DNA of 61,072 bases from Candidatus Omnitrophota bacterium (GCA_043732705.1 JAYTHE010000034.1:1-61072); one strand, 5' to 3'; positions 51,801 through 52,568 are shown, counted from the stretch's first letter. Notes: generated by a model not told the origin, from the letters alone. Numbers and translations are program-made.

Positions 51801-52491
51801 CGGCCTTCGTGAAACTCAGTTAGCTGTAACATTCGGTGTGACATTCGGTGTTTTTGCTCCGGGCTTGCCACCTATGTTAATTCCGCAGGCAAGGCTTGAA
51901 TTAAGAGCGCGTCTGCCAAAACTTTTCGCGGATGAAAAAGCGATGCGGATTGATTCTCGCGCGTTGACCGGGAATGCTTCAGAAATGCCCGTTAAAGTAG
52001 GCCGTATATATAGTGTCCTGCCAAAGGTGCAAAGCCCCGAATTTGAATTTTTGGCGGATGATTTGGCGGTCAATGTCAGACATCAACTTTACTTCTCTTT
52101 CGCGGGACAAAAATCCGACGCGGATTCTTTCCGTAAAGCTTTGACCCAACGCGTAAGTGAAATTCGCAAAGATAAAAATATTGCCAGAAAGGGCATTGAT
52201 GTCGCATTTTTAGATTTCGCGTCGGCCGTTTTTGAAACGGTTAATCATACCGGTCTGAGTGGGCTTATTTTTAGCGATGACTTGAAGTTGGGCGGTACGG
52301 TTCTCAGCGGTATTGTTGCGATTCACAATACTTCGAATAAGCCGGAAGAAGTTGTGGCAGGGCTTGCGGCTGCTATCAAAGAACTTTCCAATTCTCATCG
52401 CAGAGAAGGTTGGCGCAGCCTCGCGGACCTACTTGCCGGGTACCTTGAATTGGCTCAGCAAGTTCAGGCGATTATTTCCGCCTCCGCCTAA
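18820..52491 (+). CDS. Giant multidomain protein, 11,223 aa. Predicted secreted or N-terminally anchored. Contains vWA plus 2 AAA+ (MoxR/AAA_5-like) domains, an HExxH motif, propeller-like repeats and many novel repeated modules.
   Basis: No stop codon for 33,672 nt in one frame while the other frames are riddled with stops. ATG start and an N-terminal hydrophobic segment (WVSAFVALVMFFNF...SAWS/GP). Recognisable catalytic motifs. Extensive internal paralogy with conservative substitutions. Stem-loop immediately after the stop. Caveat: 32981-33678 looks non-native (see findings). Confidence 0.75.
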   Translation: MLFQHCVFKKWVSAFVALVMFFNFQVPSAWSGPALPVLNLPEHLGMLKKVSRGLSSGRSSKTVMLIEDAHTSMEAQIRIRDLVGFLNQKEKIKTILFEGAAHPLKPSLYHFYHDPKKQNTFLQNLLQQSELTGGELALFDSITGKPNALRGIGMENADDFIRNLQAAKKLFRNQGAVQAALEKLEQVRDRKWRGHVSKELEDLIRGHESFRRGQTDWFAYLDFLNAAAKSTLHLDLSNPRYQFEYPMLVRAALLKNSEKEMKPEIIEQDQARLAAWLRSHGFKDWAGQIETSKIETGEIRSELEQLYSDAAKKGLNFESYPAWSRWMGLKGLEQELDAALFEKEMKKLFKQLVNQSLQNSDEREFVKASQDLWKTHDLLELKLSRSAWQKLKTSGVILNQGTDPGGSVPNASSASLQGAQRRSNLTRSVIPDSIGDPALDSRLRGNDKKHQIAAPSSMVRDDERGGSGPNAFSQKLVTELAGNDASLAAAIQAAWEFYDAAEKREAGFIAAALKQLQTENKMAVIVGGFHSDALRDALAKNNVTVFEITPRITRLDFKEGEAKYQRALLEDSALQHILRTDLDLIPVNAAFRLSAINKAMPGTPDNNQLLTQLSGVRFAELKTQDARLATSKRSESRVSYAKPKNLQEGLGRYYGMKLEMWNALNTDDADLFRAVLVDFRLLVKDTNDLARKLADEKAAQMARQVYAMLLQGEKPYPQFLIDFQDPRLMLVEIRVLQDAGDRDFFKLRSTIIEEMAGEFFPTDDEKPKREELIDLLSSKIGTNHIDERFPEKAFEGDMHEWKKFAQSAVVNLSSRATAHGSYSPRTKKIYVNPHPISIKDFKPVAAEEREIVLRSTIKHEATHLISDRDLGEKRVLKVPERWETLTWALDVIERVNILTGKRALDEMGAKEREAALEKLQSYNEEFGEPALRALFEVGREMGKNKEYGFLILPHIDSEAGYFFIEPLIEKAKTVYGKLGFPLLNLDDQYTRERAAAIILGGILTTHEDTKKNPAKALKDFFDSLYEMYGAHENPAVMARVAENIRYVMNALVEKLAVRGTDIVSAGFWKYDRGDRVAGRRPTFYYNESDFLPRAYDMPAELREKPVEAMEAALLAARERGLGNAHLAFAYENIVHGEFDEAARTLPEHRLLWQMLWTPQIYASELMETGHKSVLQVAQDRLINDLRGGARWLTRVFRERYNPSVNLMAARARLASLPLHLQYLDSMLYVFSNELPADSKQSADPRLTNSDVIAALKATHGDYAKNPGWLRAMIGWRPEDANTPAKSQAMLAEVAESIWPVYKKLYDKAVEQMRKEILERAANRELEDQEVLQMLGDMTPAEQQLLEQILQQMMQQSEQQFASGNQSQNQSSMQSPQQQSGQQSGSQQPGGQQSGESQAGGQPSSGQAGGGAQKSSQGNPGSGGQSAGASQGKQGASQPGSGSQTGGQPSNQGSPSGAKASGGNPGAMQSGNTPGSNAVSKLQAALQNLQNLMGTLGSQVQNLAAQAAQVKQQLPQVAGAAGQVGDASQQAKKAGAETAQSGQKTEPGSQASDSGTPNAQSAAEAAAEKLNQMAQSIQNEAASALNQAKDLENQSSAAQNAGNQIHNQMPWKNPQVEAGQIAAQAQAMKKSAEQLMKLANQMAEKAAQISNEAGAQNPEAAKLKTDAETMTQMAQQMKANADDIVHGTRQTEESIAEAEKSVADAANAIQKAQALIEKMDAAKQQAKTDSGNEVKQPKGSSQKTSESQGGKGTGKSEAGGSSSAGRGIEASGQLSDLPKPPTSFGMREMMKLGDNTNGNANTGKPIAGIDFQPDDYAGLAAALKKVKKLNAAEKKEYDSWFSDKVHDPDGEKVTVRDIIDEIVFFLNSTLKESRGIDKVDAPHGAVLANVVKAVNGAAGGWANVDFTKIPELYLALLVDASGSMGTEFYGKTKTQIAQMVAFILMEAIYEHNLERRKLALPVIKMEIGIFQSAVDLLVSHEQFENMDDREKEYFIYHSIKKFEEGGSTEYSYAVKRYFEHVASLGFERKVQNDVFVVTDEAVGETQKKEVQGAVTFAKDENVGFHIVPLGDDDEIEASKQLHGSELVIDPRTLEKRVELLPYVMIARMMGRLAKEYRIALPPRFARYVAETDAATRSEARVSVDLKKLRDIPGYQFFKDYTDADGREFLVWLRAGETMAWQKGVGGSEVPRNRPAMTPENEIILYGLLSKLYTPDVIYTSINADRRYFIREAQNGKTELFFREKEEDGWKSAAKWGIQNRPVVDGERFRGANGVTWKAANSGKVEVSLENGTSFKVDLPEGVAVDKVYFEQAGDEDTVYLFQSGRAARVQVFKKTGTVWKQAADMQMETWTKADEPLKKVLNATGLPGLGKGVLLREMARMMNLEYYKLAADEKVHPEELAANRALRDGVSADDPSSWTQARHLGALFVVDEAHKLSKETMNSMKSPIASGLHEWVYITQDGQYKKMTVPNSAMARIVFTSNTLVQGITGSALTDLDPAMRSRIILQQFNWQSPGAEKRRLMLHAEKFVRDNPGLQLPSDLNETVNRLMKAAAGLRIAYLGGDKDDIDAAMQTSDGINYPYWERKIEELSRKFKTPGILRAPSARVLQMMMEHFIRFPLDAKYRKWSVVHRIFNFRAEDDRKKSYETVEAAFQKFFENDPAAGARKPHFDLKHSFQVVRRGQDAESLPLYSLQVTATGPDGKPDPFFDTFEVPIHRDSEMVQQFEQGETPELPAAFQFLLRYPQNHELLYQMLQAYAKDRDVILVGPASTGKTVIGTTVQELVGGRGVTVEAMYEGVTPETLFYSPGIGLDGRRWESGFSAGSVIKAMLEGKPIGFDETTQAEAHVIGKLNEVTEQREYEHPGTHEKIHATRGFWSLHYINPPDGYDTGTASAEWYERHDILWVDALPIQESMELSASAGDLGDKQINPKLIGLAALQRGESKGLVALMEWSRQAARGTATGKAKDFTKKIKNEIEIRRMIEAIKAIAQRFETEFALQNRNWVLEAVKWGIFGKNRDPETVTATEIRLVMNAWMRDEHADWKNQKIGMGDKTRHDFTIEVLRKPQEVLLDLINQNYQFQFPEWHEVLVDGLKQAGLWKDEWNQDGITELLNGEDIVLELLPLLPNGKPKLDGTEFNEPVLQDVLEYIERNVDGAALQEKIKWLQTKISELYATHKDPAKAVNIWNKLDFETRLKRLAVLSEIYRILNLTVTLRGYGVKGRTHNEANTKVLRSYLDNIERAIEARDWPVAALKDAENPEFDAVKKLEGWLAEYKFRKYTILPTGKSAIDGFGSEEAQDLGARAFVLGSQYPDYTKIIVPKLQLARQQKPPQAKRSEVRRGLSQAVRGTDPNAPVTAVFGLSRNHKGQSPFEDRPSRRSEARFDDAILELATAQQGLSSARALQDSIGGSESIVAAAQRQVEALEVEVERLKPNGFDVAAALVVANQAASATQQVATPAPAPVAAPKTVVSNAILKHSNIIDYASSLGLGKGTEKYWDQLKYPGFFQKKWISFGYLLLCNLYIYLDYVLLFWNTFTGLLERGLLKDEQPPALYMAERHMRSLVLDVQIATKDVDAPESREAVRVELALEQKIKAFRDKWKFKNKFLNYFTTGILELYLPIWRNATAVACLSEVKEWLKYPQRKANQMSRDAFNKFMAAEIGKESVQGLFGRLVELTPDYYDTQTSSGWLAVLLWHRAYASKRDDPNTQTTPYIPKPEITLIDLMRENRRDTQKALSDEERRTLSVTAGILSQRFWLEMAYEFREVSRNGFYFAEHMLDAGSVTAQTIKKSQQDLALMKQGLDADVVTDEELAEISNKTRAILFDDFGQYPNFQYSHLIWNMIEPLLQKEVDADERRWGYADFVSVIQQALGHQLQSRWVAQPDDAAFLAVISNRYRHFFNIRMSLSKNQAHFDDEARKRLKEPEPIILRNRLATMNRWFVEEEPDNEEVEANSNDELADIVARSEVRGNHPHPRGAARVSTPGLWVGQDAALSSRSEMREQTTVEEALQKTREEHSKLVQQHSSMEALAESLGDAIDLTMTAGPVAVAAEVIQLLEKELREIIAAEEARKAALAAQGGKLDLAKLLADTEAELADLKGTGAGVPVPDADSETIPSVKPTQQKYKFVRREKKNIRAGIANKNFAGITVSASKDRLYVGHKNLPDYLVEFIARPDKAGLPNTVIFINGGAHRSDNHILDFAITGFQKKDKKYIYEITLIAENKNYTPEKPQIIRKGNALFVVKTFSQSEAEDRGDELQKYFKFEKVGDESVVSTIPKWNTNQDLMIASPNGKGVIRFEFQTEGRLGKHALGVKGKIFSDEKSKKEEHWNAENVGVTIAGFVTAIFDPADKTLWIVSDEWNDGSIKAVPAKAKSEQVTHLELHPKTGNPIIIPIRRIGTKEVLANWDKFKNLLPQDAEANSKSIVTAWVSELIDSLPKGKTVSMRPNVVSGFASDEQLTRLKQALGLQTAPHKDAVFGYGEEMRSDYLIFNVTVGSGGSAKEELVLWYQKDGKEYWLWLKGISKTKLITNLGVFALTGQFHPSILKQWLEKRNSKSLAMDILKNLPGNWTDSTWEGAPSTKHKTMWFGKEAKSTDVSFMAKEENDQDNGDWELTVNAGELRIYWHQDRNILEIGGEDVSLPNNPLVDVTYDKDQKTATLVLDEDAKVAIATTLDVKDSVRKTRVMASRGKLGFKLAFADSATYQSPNQSQKRSELRSRQSSVFSFQAALNFYPALVSSLLSRELMGGSATRTTSLRDSTLVSTRDKRSLTSRISSRSGTTTSVSNWILVSMFSSMAPTSVVVNVFFMIAYPTFVSSFVSRKLIAGMAELMEGMPTRTTSSNEPTRVSSRSSRFSTAESRSGSGATTSITTRKSARKLSMSVATSPDVNLSSDILFSSKWKVNMPQNSGLVNIYLSYNIIVLFAYLAFASLQRLASSVKHSSGLRSRLLADQAGGLGLFQRSEVRTAAEIETRIAELEERKAWILEAMALENTEYQVPSTAATGTGAGVPAPNRFSELDEFHLPQLTKMESASSILEYGKLPEKMNGGDGGVQVLVNLGNGLALAGTSEGSVALIRAKLKGVNENEPIVVIEELNLDTNDRVSSLTYLGDGLVLAGTNEVKIYLVKIDPQAKKRQRLKKIGDLSLSSGIVQSLIYLGNGFALAGTGSKELFLIKVHSSAEKKHQLEVIETLSEVANGWINALTYLGDGFVLGGSRKPDGQVFLVKINPEAEAGKRFQKIATLGRSSDESVTALTDLRNGFALMGLGKKISLIKVSPSAGEKQRLQVIESLPKNFYGSVRTLTHLGNGFVLAGMDDGKICLIGANPKARKGQRLKVIESLSGDIESDVRASAYLGDGFALMGTGRGRRGENQIFVIKIQGKVEASKVAGTHSASSGQTGAGVPVPSESTYKIIKPRGAKSIAMENGTLVFRPDMRPVHIQYYYTFQGDPSRQDTNFPGIEDFINAFKVGKKVYAIVKNGSQTKDEKKYPKKAGSARKGKDQISLVYWTESEALIPENVAKVKAAVSPEVFNEIYKPVETHSAGSGQAGAGVPVPVVVSDQKALKPIIEEKTAKLNAQVDIHAEYSVVLGDGRIKIWTQPRKSFVLNNKFKNVLGMEWIPTGKKDKPWMLVVIGRDDNWTILVDQRGQPQSTERPLFQNPAKNVKNYKIYKHATNKNHYGLALIQADGKVKIWNLVRGDVTSNELITTDLKDVPEYKNGLVSQMKVKKALAPSASGRGATPAPIVEPKEVKLLQGLLNARAEYDPATGDVNLAIVDMTAVPARVVGEGRVTRLESLLGLEWAPFQVTEPVGKEILLMIAEGNVATVMVNPDGNLGGLQTVPFLADKPIQNYKLYAYSDTEVAVQINFEDGSNHILIMKNNGFLYEPKTAINLTGKKPISHPMKVAPPPLPVSAPKAISKTTTFAGKRFTASVDQNNADTVHIQVGAREHFFGAGNVQAFEWIVSKIDKTPPVEQIGLLIVGKKEFDFIFFNTQTSLPFSPHHHEFDQAITGYEILKISAETHAVILKFQDGSRSAWKITTDAIVFEQEVTAMDLAQVPKGKPIYQGNFQPATSTAAVASTPGTDPVPKPALGSPVSGLRSNISDWQKEIYETLIDLIQTDIALDERQQPDGTKAHLPESGLISKSGAVPKYHVKEWNGESVYIDRPAPRYSHNSQYGLKQSDSGHIYIHPTWDMSDTYDFRKKIHRSDILQVINREEKGDEGKHELYVVIKDNVLIDGWPRKFGWLHTEWKVHYVTEAEAVKDYEKYKKLGIRFKEIPAQQTNDYRLPTTDTSTAGPPAQKSLVVSPQSVVLAKRKALLLEKLAIEKELATQVSDTTAVVPDTYAPIASTTLADLQARLDAVNKQIQKKHQFIEKTGSTGRRDEALVILHELEAEQKELLEKISAMSSATRPPPGGGQAFQFPPEFRVEPKQKLEFEIESNSKSWVLVKQAELDFFGDKSALPISNNEMDIEIPMEFRLKFIHIAFDGKNTVYVVVPDGSNLKGVGQYYKTEIEFKKPQKNLHLEYMTESQAIANKSKLEKWIEFKEASAALGRPWKQLQLQGLTPIVFMEGKDGDQMAVSVHFSNNLYLHLMKDGRTHSLRDTQILAKDVAQIFYDVKNNKTCVIVKDGVLKPASTNAITFLTEDEAVQMLAATAGDRALVAGSVPHGSKETSESPVSSLIQRREEIIAALARLDSSGVRALVGSSVPNASLGTKQHALNVLNSLSEAIWEKTDIEGAAAYGAQMREEVKRGLLGFVAEKESESNFGKWALQTAGGGPKISEMLNYYYVWHPTSSEFHILETEIKLSQDPLVDVVYDENTKTAKLILDQSAEAQIRKAMTGKEGLTLSPTDKNFGIELVFVSPATYVSPNNAKPSPIVVPFTFGAKEHAMNVFKSLPQVWEKSKDTEGYDQAREVEKGPWITKMFVMDSKQGALGNWRLKKGHVNRGYSVFKWDEALSELDLSFDGSEKVKLSQNPLIDVVTQDGTVKLVLDIASKLPIDKLRGKNNPIERVNTPKSADTNIGFEIVFADPATYVSPNAARSELRSRQSLVVSLQSARSEMREQTTVEEALQKARDEHSQLVQQHSSMQALAESLGDAIDLAVTAGPVAVAAEAIRLLEDKLREIIEAKNKVPGAERWITLLAAKEKELAELKALLGTDPNAGLGTGSVPNAQPKTVVAAEPQPIIEDKYAKLNGINNARASYSHDFSVISITVIDDIPTLISGSHTIPGKFENVLGMEWLPTGKTDRPWMLVVIGKEEFWTILVDGKGAPQSPVSHTPVQTGHVIKNWEIYKQNLEQGSPNKHSFLLVFDGNARKVLTYYSVVDGDVRFVNNGVVGPKHELFAKMKVAQEKLEPEPIIEIKMADLNATQQVRTDYWATKISLNVLNNGKRVARHEIPGAFENILGMEWLPTGKTDMPWMLVVIGKEEFWTILVDKAAVPQSPESHALTSEGVQYKNWEIRQWNHGPQNYFLMLKDSAGKNLPYAFIDGQVNPYNSEANLGPHHSLYTKMKVADVAASDAVLSAAPQKRLMPLGALPIYLRPKVTVGSGEELILSGSKDDDALLLVFKQVGAVPNSESIEALQDKRDLIQAGYDPAQNKVYIVVSNQPRVQNQSQVAAKSSTTTWGTTIEYLTQSEALKRHDEFKSKNILKYVEVPTEAMAASSLGSPASGLRSRIAALETEIARLKDLIATYEKRAKVINEMTALEARITGDRALVGSSVPNVPSAVAPQKQLKKWDGKDTGLVKKKGNTITIKSVVNVKIRPDQIAQLHDDKVGALTIVVADDVVTTDFPQGVDGYVIRWIKEEEVRNHPEQFSYLAFESGPIAGATQKQLIKWDGETLVKIATNWDLTYASPGVGEIVNSMGSRFELPVPLQSILQVKPDRSTNDFVVLVDEAVDIANLPASIHAKNNSTSITVRWIKPRQLETLEDGRLAAPSMATGPLAEYAERVVFDTEDVSVEPTGDRALVDSSVPDAVVATQKRLIPMPRDGKKQVLGSTKTGIELFFYMMASGDIIFYDSGNDNDIIYYKGTTQKQLNEKDVVQIKFDRSKTEIYIILKNDVVGRFGEMVNLAGQSIAVKYLYEKDWNRDTEQYPNIFEWEDVPVAVSALGTDPVPEIALGSVPKAKRLTHLKDVSSILDDKIRMLEALLGGTEDHGGQSLPTGQAGNIALSPTPSVIPAQAGIQSSVSGLLSPDSNKIELSDGIFVGFGKWKWGVGQIDQDGQFLTGTEWYGRFDNIQKIEVHGTGEKRILFITDETRIVAVELIQETDSAGESTFHFWHPGHVILDQEISAPIQNSRIHAFADCVLWTGWFQSPEGPRFFKYEINLVDGSVTGPPPSLLGPNFHGLNYYQIGSEEYIFQSFGNNSAFQLDKVLETEAGIVIDGVNHVRWADLGIKPALGDFKSGNPIQIGGEWYLQIESQIPGTSNGKYFSLKKLEHSFKEDRVAFVYQLDLTTTIQALTANFSSEVSVKSVKNKDDKTIVRLAGFPDGESERDYEWVKQGNEIKFVPVPGVAPNTPPPTIKSAVRLDEKYWVGLTDHGIQIAYNPKPGEVGIQNNKPLADILKFEYKIISGKPYLFITTKTRLLLVPFDSNLGFKAFGAPVWEKTFDPAQPIADSKVAVLDPIGENGNLAGRWIIYAAEAAGHKALTQNIDIYFEPTGAVDHVVPQDPVRFTHSDAQIGFYEIDGEFYKFMGNPYLFEIRQIVRSTTDGSIHEEQVGGRSWKDMGYGDSSGGIFVAANVIRIDSPLKTDDENWNTDLFLSVAYYYDGAGAAETKFALYPIKTEKRLKATGHGNTFIDRKTHKVLTAPSLVPINASPLPGYYKIGGSTGNKIQASIEISGVAENYILEWQLQADGKTFKLVQTPRVTQQFKLRRSKTNFVGRTLVWGDSDGTGIDLRVSGDAVSLEHHSLADNGDSSTDGVHEFTVDVHGLEASNLVSVKYDSATDKIYFVVNGLSQMSKKPTVEEPWKKVIWIDLDEAQSAEGYAKYKDILDYEPASLPSKVFPVSGLLSPVPASPAGRSSHENAPALLKRLSFLDRLLALLEQHWELSIAGSVGLGAEATETVSSGLGINELEKQLAEVQAELKANWEMKQGLSTAGNPRMTIRHIPSNQSVAWWFGTLGEVPESEDDEDTDLKVRDSTLLTQYQALKKKEAELTQAIAVAEKSAPSVLGPSASGLIGLVAKEIRLIKKWLRLDTLFETLKARLAAFMERVSSGLRPPATVPVSAQPPLWDAGEFYARLPWDIDSNSNGLVKNINFQDAGWSSMKYSPDYWTLRLKYKKASDDPSVVHEFTVQGIREGTKSRLMVWGKKISEDMSVLLDVSYDAIEQRLFLTFDSSVEQSVRDALKHADLENNELGIKFKIQFSTREKVIAAKAQKLERWAPLYGDINTDKGGRRLTAGPFQEKMSFKVGVQNWQTEIPSSPIVQIRGSIDLKKIVIVVEDGTITSDVATFIREIELDGEKYDIVYIQDKDVVRVEDQSIFKFEPAVLEKYTIVNIAKDTPTEYFLGGQESILFFPEGKKVVVAETKKGGIVEAFGWPGLHDNFINYFLDHDDLGRKKLVIIVKEKTDFSKYPIHMKLLNLDVEYWEGSVALKPENISKIKNALGNKANLVLQAMETVTAPATVVQKQKAIHPTSKAEVEMRLSSDHKVQIVGADWNMPHRADTYQLPDDVIHANIFYWLDQLYLLTFSKDRTGPGTAIRLYMPTQGQLGRTTDEPYRSPLPVKGYQLVQPTGALSDYYLNLEMESGAIATQSGPVSALQLNFPLATLDYYASIAQGGEKIIDVTALTDVFQPAAAPSLEHWDGNEMKLDGTNLLFKKENGLVLYKAEGKWWILQNNEPQRVPADAVIQITTRRAGDLREPPEPDEKTMVVFVLRDDYGHAINFNTLGGYQTTSYTETGAIKAIAAGVDFFKFASKKSATKTRIKPQTTGSYNLGKNHEGARVEFSRLDEISMAFFAHYPGGGAYQHNVYHKGGVDQLSPKDILQTKLVNEHGSLSVYMAVKNGADISNYPTSILLDKSDAGTKSGPGFARIYYVEESNYLKEPEKYPSGLFETETVQLKPMPAGDVEIGEMNDGSKVILAQVNGFYFTVESQPDVTGKFEFTRQDILQVKIHDNKFYIVAQAGIDFSGWSLEGESLPAGHTYHAVILTPEQAVSPRYAGIFEFEPVSNEAGGRSPEAQGEAIEHRAIAPSSAAVVIHAQMQQVGEQRAAVEAQIKALPPSGTDPHDGSGTGSVLDTAKWRVAPWVQSNEILAEHFIDAAQGIAIELDPGSMQSTGRIFIKTTAIQQDGTGKWRKTTLAEHIKKFDINLAEANFIAMGYDSKSRNLLVIVKAKPDNAQTSLLVYAPLTRLNIEYLTEAEALNPSRREELEKAGIVFESIAAVTQFKVVSDPRLKQGTVDIQHVGSIEHGGDTYNLMLESGAARPEGQTLLVKMQRNAETPTIELFLLKDELLAYGFDASQVPAKLVFVYKENTDLSGRGSKIEAVGSAKIADVKHLTESQALAPARRKELEKAGIKFKQVSTGFDAKELFNSLPWTSVPMQTGLSIKVFDESDTRKGRMVWHENGDFDLFAGKIRVRTKPGSSDRIELMNADNSIVTELPSKWLLKVRYDAAAKKFTFVFDKAAQDEVLAHMVKAGLAGIIPDTTLDSKIEFEESSPSNEPKLALWPTDDQTASVKIAGVNIVASVSGTGTIVLTERVPVGSARGGAPNLIPNTYIPLDDFVTLGVDPDGVSAMGGRVQTLVIVLKDNPSFQKPSDVEIQIGSEVVLIKYEQESDVLKHYSDYAHVLKSTGLAARAEFLAKWNAIHTTDPIKPEDIVLDKLSADGTIAIFASVRPVVGMPKEKQISFYRYNIQSGEIDYFHQQRPVYIPNDQVVVDIAISPNNKVYFLKMKERDGDIITFGSDRTKSSSAAFIDPKFDQTFENISYHIFLAGGSSHFQTVNLGGPVVLRSEIRVNHRSASSHREESLKDDVAISRRRSEIASPKARNDIKPLGPGAPASGLRETQLAVTFGVTFGVFAPGLPPMLIPQARLELRARLPKLFADEKAMRIDSRALTGNASEMPVKVGRIYSVLPKVQSPEFEFLADDLAVNVRHQLYFSFAGQKSDADSFRKALTQRVSEIRKDKNIARKGIDVAFLDFASAVFETVNHTGLSGLIFSDDLKLGGTVLSGIVAIHNTSNKPEEVVAGLAAAIKELSNSHRREGWRSLADLLAGYLELAQQVQAIISASA
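18950..20560 (+). other. N-terminal domain of the giant protein. Tentatively TraB/GumN/ChaN/Tiki-like (two GxxH-type motifs), interrupted by a repeat insertion.
   Basis: IEDAH (19018-19029) near the start of the domain, and VIVGGFHSDALRDAL (GGFH at 20398-20409) near its end. This is pattern-level resemblance only. Confidence 0.25.
20061..20205. repeat. Nested palindromic (MITE/REP-like) elements inserted in frame in the giant ORF
   Basis: Outer arms are gtcattgcaaggagcgcagcgacgaagcaatct ... agatcgccgcgccttcttcgatggttcgcgatgac. Inner pair is gtcatccccgactcgatcggggatccag / ctggattcccgcctgcgcgggaatgac (20104-20160). Flanked by 27-nt direct repeats at 20032-20058 and 20212-20238. Confidence 0.75.
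21394..21408 (+). other. HExxH (zincin-type) motif in the giant protein
   Basis: LRSTIKHEATHLISD. This is the motif only; the fold was not verified. Confidence 0.3.
22861..24130 (+). other. Q/G/S-rich low-complexity region followed by a long A/Q/K/E-rich predicted coiled coil
   Basis: SGNQSQNQSSMQSPQQQSGQQSGSQQPGGQQSGESQAGGQPSSGQAGGG..., then AQAAQVKQQLPQVAGAAGQ...AEKSVADAANAIQKAQALIEKMDAAKQQ. Confidence 0.7.
24541..25080 (+). other. von Willebrand factor A (vWA) domain with a MIDAS motif
   Basis: LLVDASGSMG (DxSxS, 24571-24585), downstream GGSTEY (Thr), and VFVVTDE (Asp). Confidence 0.7.
25880..26350 (+). other. AAA+ ATPase domain 1 (MoxR/AAA_5-like) with a degenerate Walker A
   Basis: GLPGLGKG (25909-25932; Gly in place of the Ser/Thr after the Lys). 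Walker B FVVDEAH (DE at 26107-26112). IVFTSN and LDPAMRSRI are sensor-like. Confidence 0.6.
27080..27560 (+). other. AAA+ ATPase domain 2 (MoxR/AAA_5-like) with canonical motifs
   Basis: Walker A VILVGPASTGKT (27112-27135). Walker B PIGFDETT (DE at 27325-27330). Spacing is typical of the CbbQ/NorQ/MoxR type. Confidence 0.7.
28829..28935. repeat. Two GGGGTC/GGGAC-type hairpin pairs between a pair of RSExR sites
   Basis: ggggtctgtccc...gggactgatccc and gggtcagtcccc...ggacagaccc. Confidence 0.6.
30717..30769. repeat. 53-nt imperfect palindrome between RSEVR (30697) and RSEMR (30793)
   Basis: ccacccgcaccccaggggtgc ... gcacccctgggttgtgggtgg. Confidence 0.6.
32994..33221 (-). CDS. Small coiled-coil-like protein (75 aa), antisense within the giant ORF; paralog of 33228..33479
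   Basis: ATG lies 6 nt after the stop of the upstream paralog. E/L/R/V heptad-like composition. Ends LETKAG like its neighbour (LETKVG). Confidence 0.45.
   Translation of the reverse strand: MKNTFTTTEVGAMLENIETKIQLLTEVVVPLREDMRDVKDRLSRVETSVESLKDVVRVALPPINSRLSRLETKAG
33228..33479 (-). CDS. Small coiled-coil-like protein (83 aa from MSEDKF), antisense within the giant ORF
   Basis: GGAGG lies 8 nt upstream of the ATG at 33479. An AT-rich spacer lies upstream at 33507-33600. Clear paralogy with 32994..33221. Confidence 0.5.
   Translation of the reverse strand: MSEDKFTSGEVATLIESLRADFRVVIEVVAPLPERLSAVENRLERLETRVGSFEDVVRVGIPSINSAIPAINLRLTKLETKVG
33940..34935 (+). repeat. Seven tandem ~47-aa repeats (propeller-blade-like) in the giant protein
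   Basis: L(T/I)YLG(D/N)GF(A/V)LAG...(I/V)(F/Y)L(I/V)K(I/V)...(K/R)(Q/H)(R/Q)L(K/Q/E)VIE(S/T)L is repeated 7 times. Confidence 0.7.
34963..35010 (+). repeat. 48-nt direct repeat, copy 1 (contains a GGGCAG..CTGTCCCC hairpin)
   Basis: acccattcggcaagctcagggcagactggcgccggtgtgcctgtcccc. Copy 2 at 35410-35457 differs at 2 positions. Confidence 0.85.
35410..35457 (+). repeat. 48-nt direct repeat, copy 2
   Basis: 46/48 identical to 34963-35010, exactly 447 nt (149 codons) downstream. Confidence 0.85.
38761..38793. repeat. In-frame hairpin element GGGGACAGAGCC-N9-GGCTCTGTCCCC
   Basis: Perfect 12-bp stem. Relatives at 38887-38919, 41929-41960 and 42682-42714. Confidence 0.85.
43262..43347. repeat. 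Composite of a nested hairpin (ggggacagagc[ctgcct..aggcag]..gctctgtcccc) and one GTCATTCCCGCG..GCGGGAATCCAG unit, in frame
   Basis: Read directly from the sequence. Translates as GGQSLPTGQAGNIALSPTPSVIPAQAGIQ. Confidence 0.75.
51686..51768. repeat. Palindromic element (GTCATCGCGAGG...GCGATCT / AGATTGCTTCG...CTCGCAATGAC) in frame near the C-terminus of the giant ORF
   Basis: Same family as 20061-20205 and 55454-55556. Confidence 0.7.
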
Positions 52492-52520
52492 CCGATCCCA
52501 ACCTCGTAGGTTGGGATCGG
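52492..52520 (+). terminator. Stem-loop immediately after the giant ORF stop
   Basis: ccgatcccaacc tcgt aggttgggatcgg. The following sequence is only moderately T-rich. Confidence 0.5.
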
Positions 52521-52568
52521 CAGAGTTCCTAGTTCTTGTTTTCGACGCCCGATTCGGTAGAATAGCTC

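Noticed and set aside
18820-52491. The giant ORF as an artefact of stop-codon reassignment or a non-standard genetic code
   Set aside because: Flanking genes with clear homology terminate at TGA (cysK), TAA (CYTH, htpX) and TAG (ferredoxin, response regulator) where expected, so all three stops are functional. The giant frame simply contains none.
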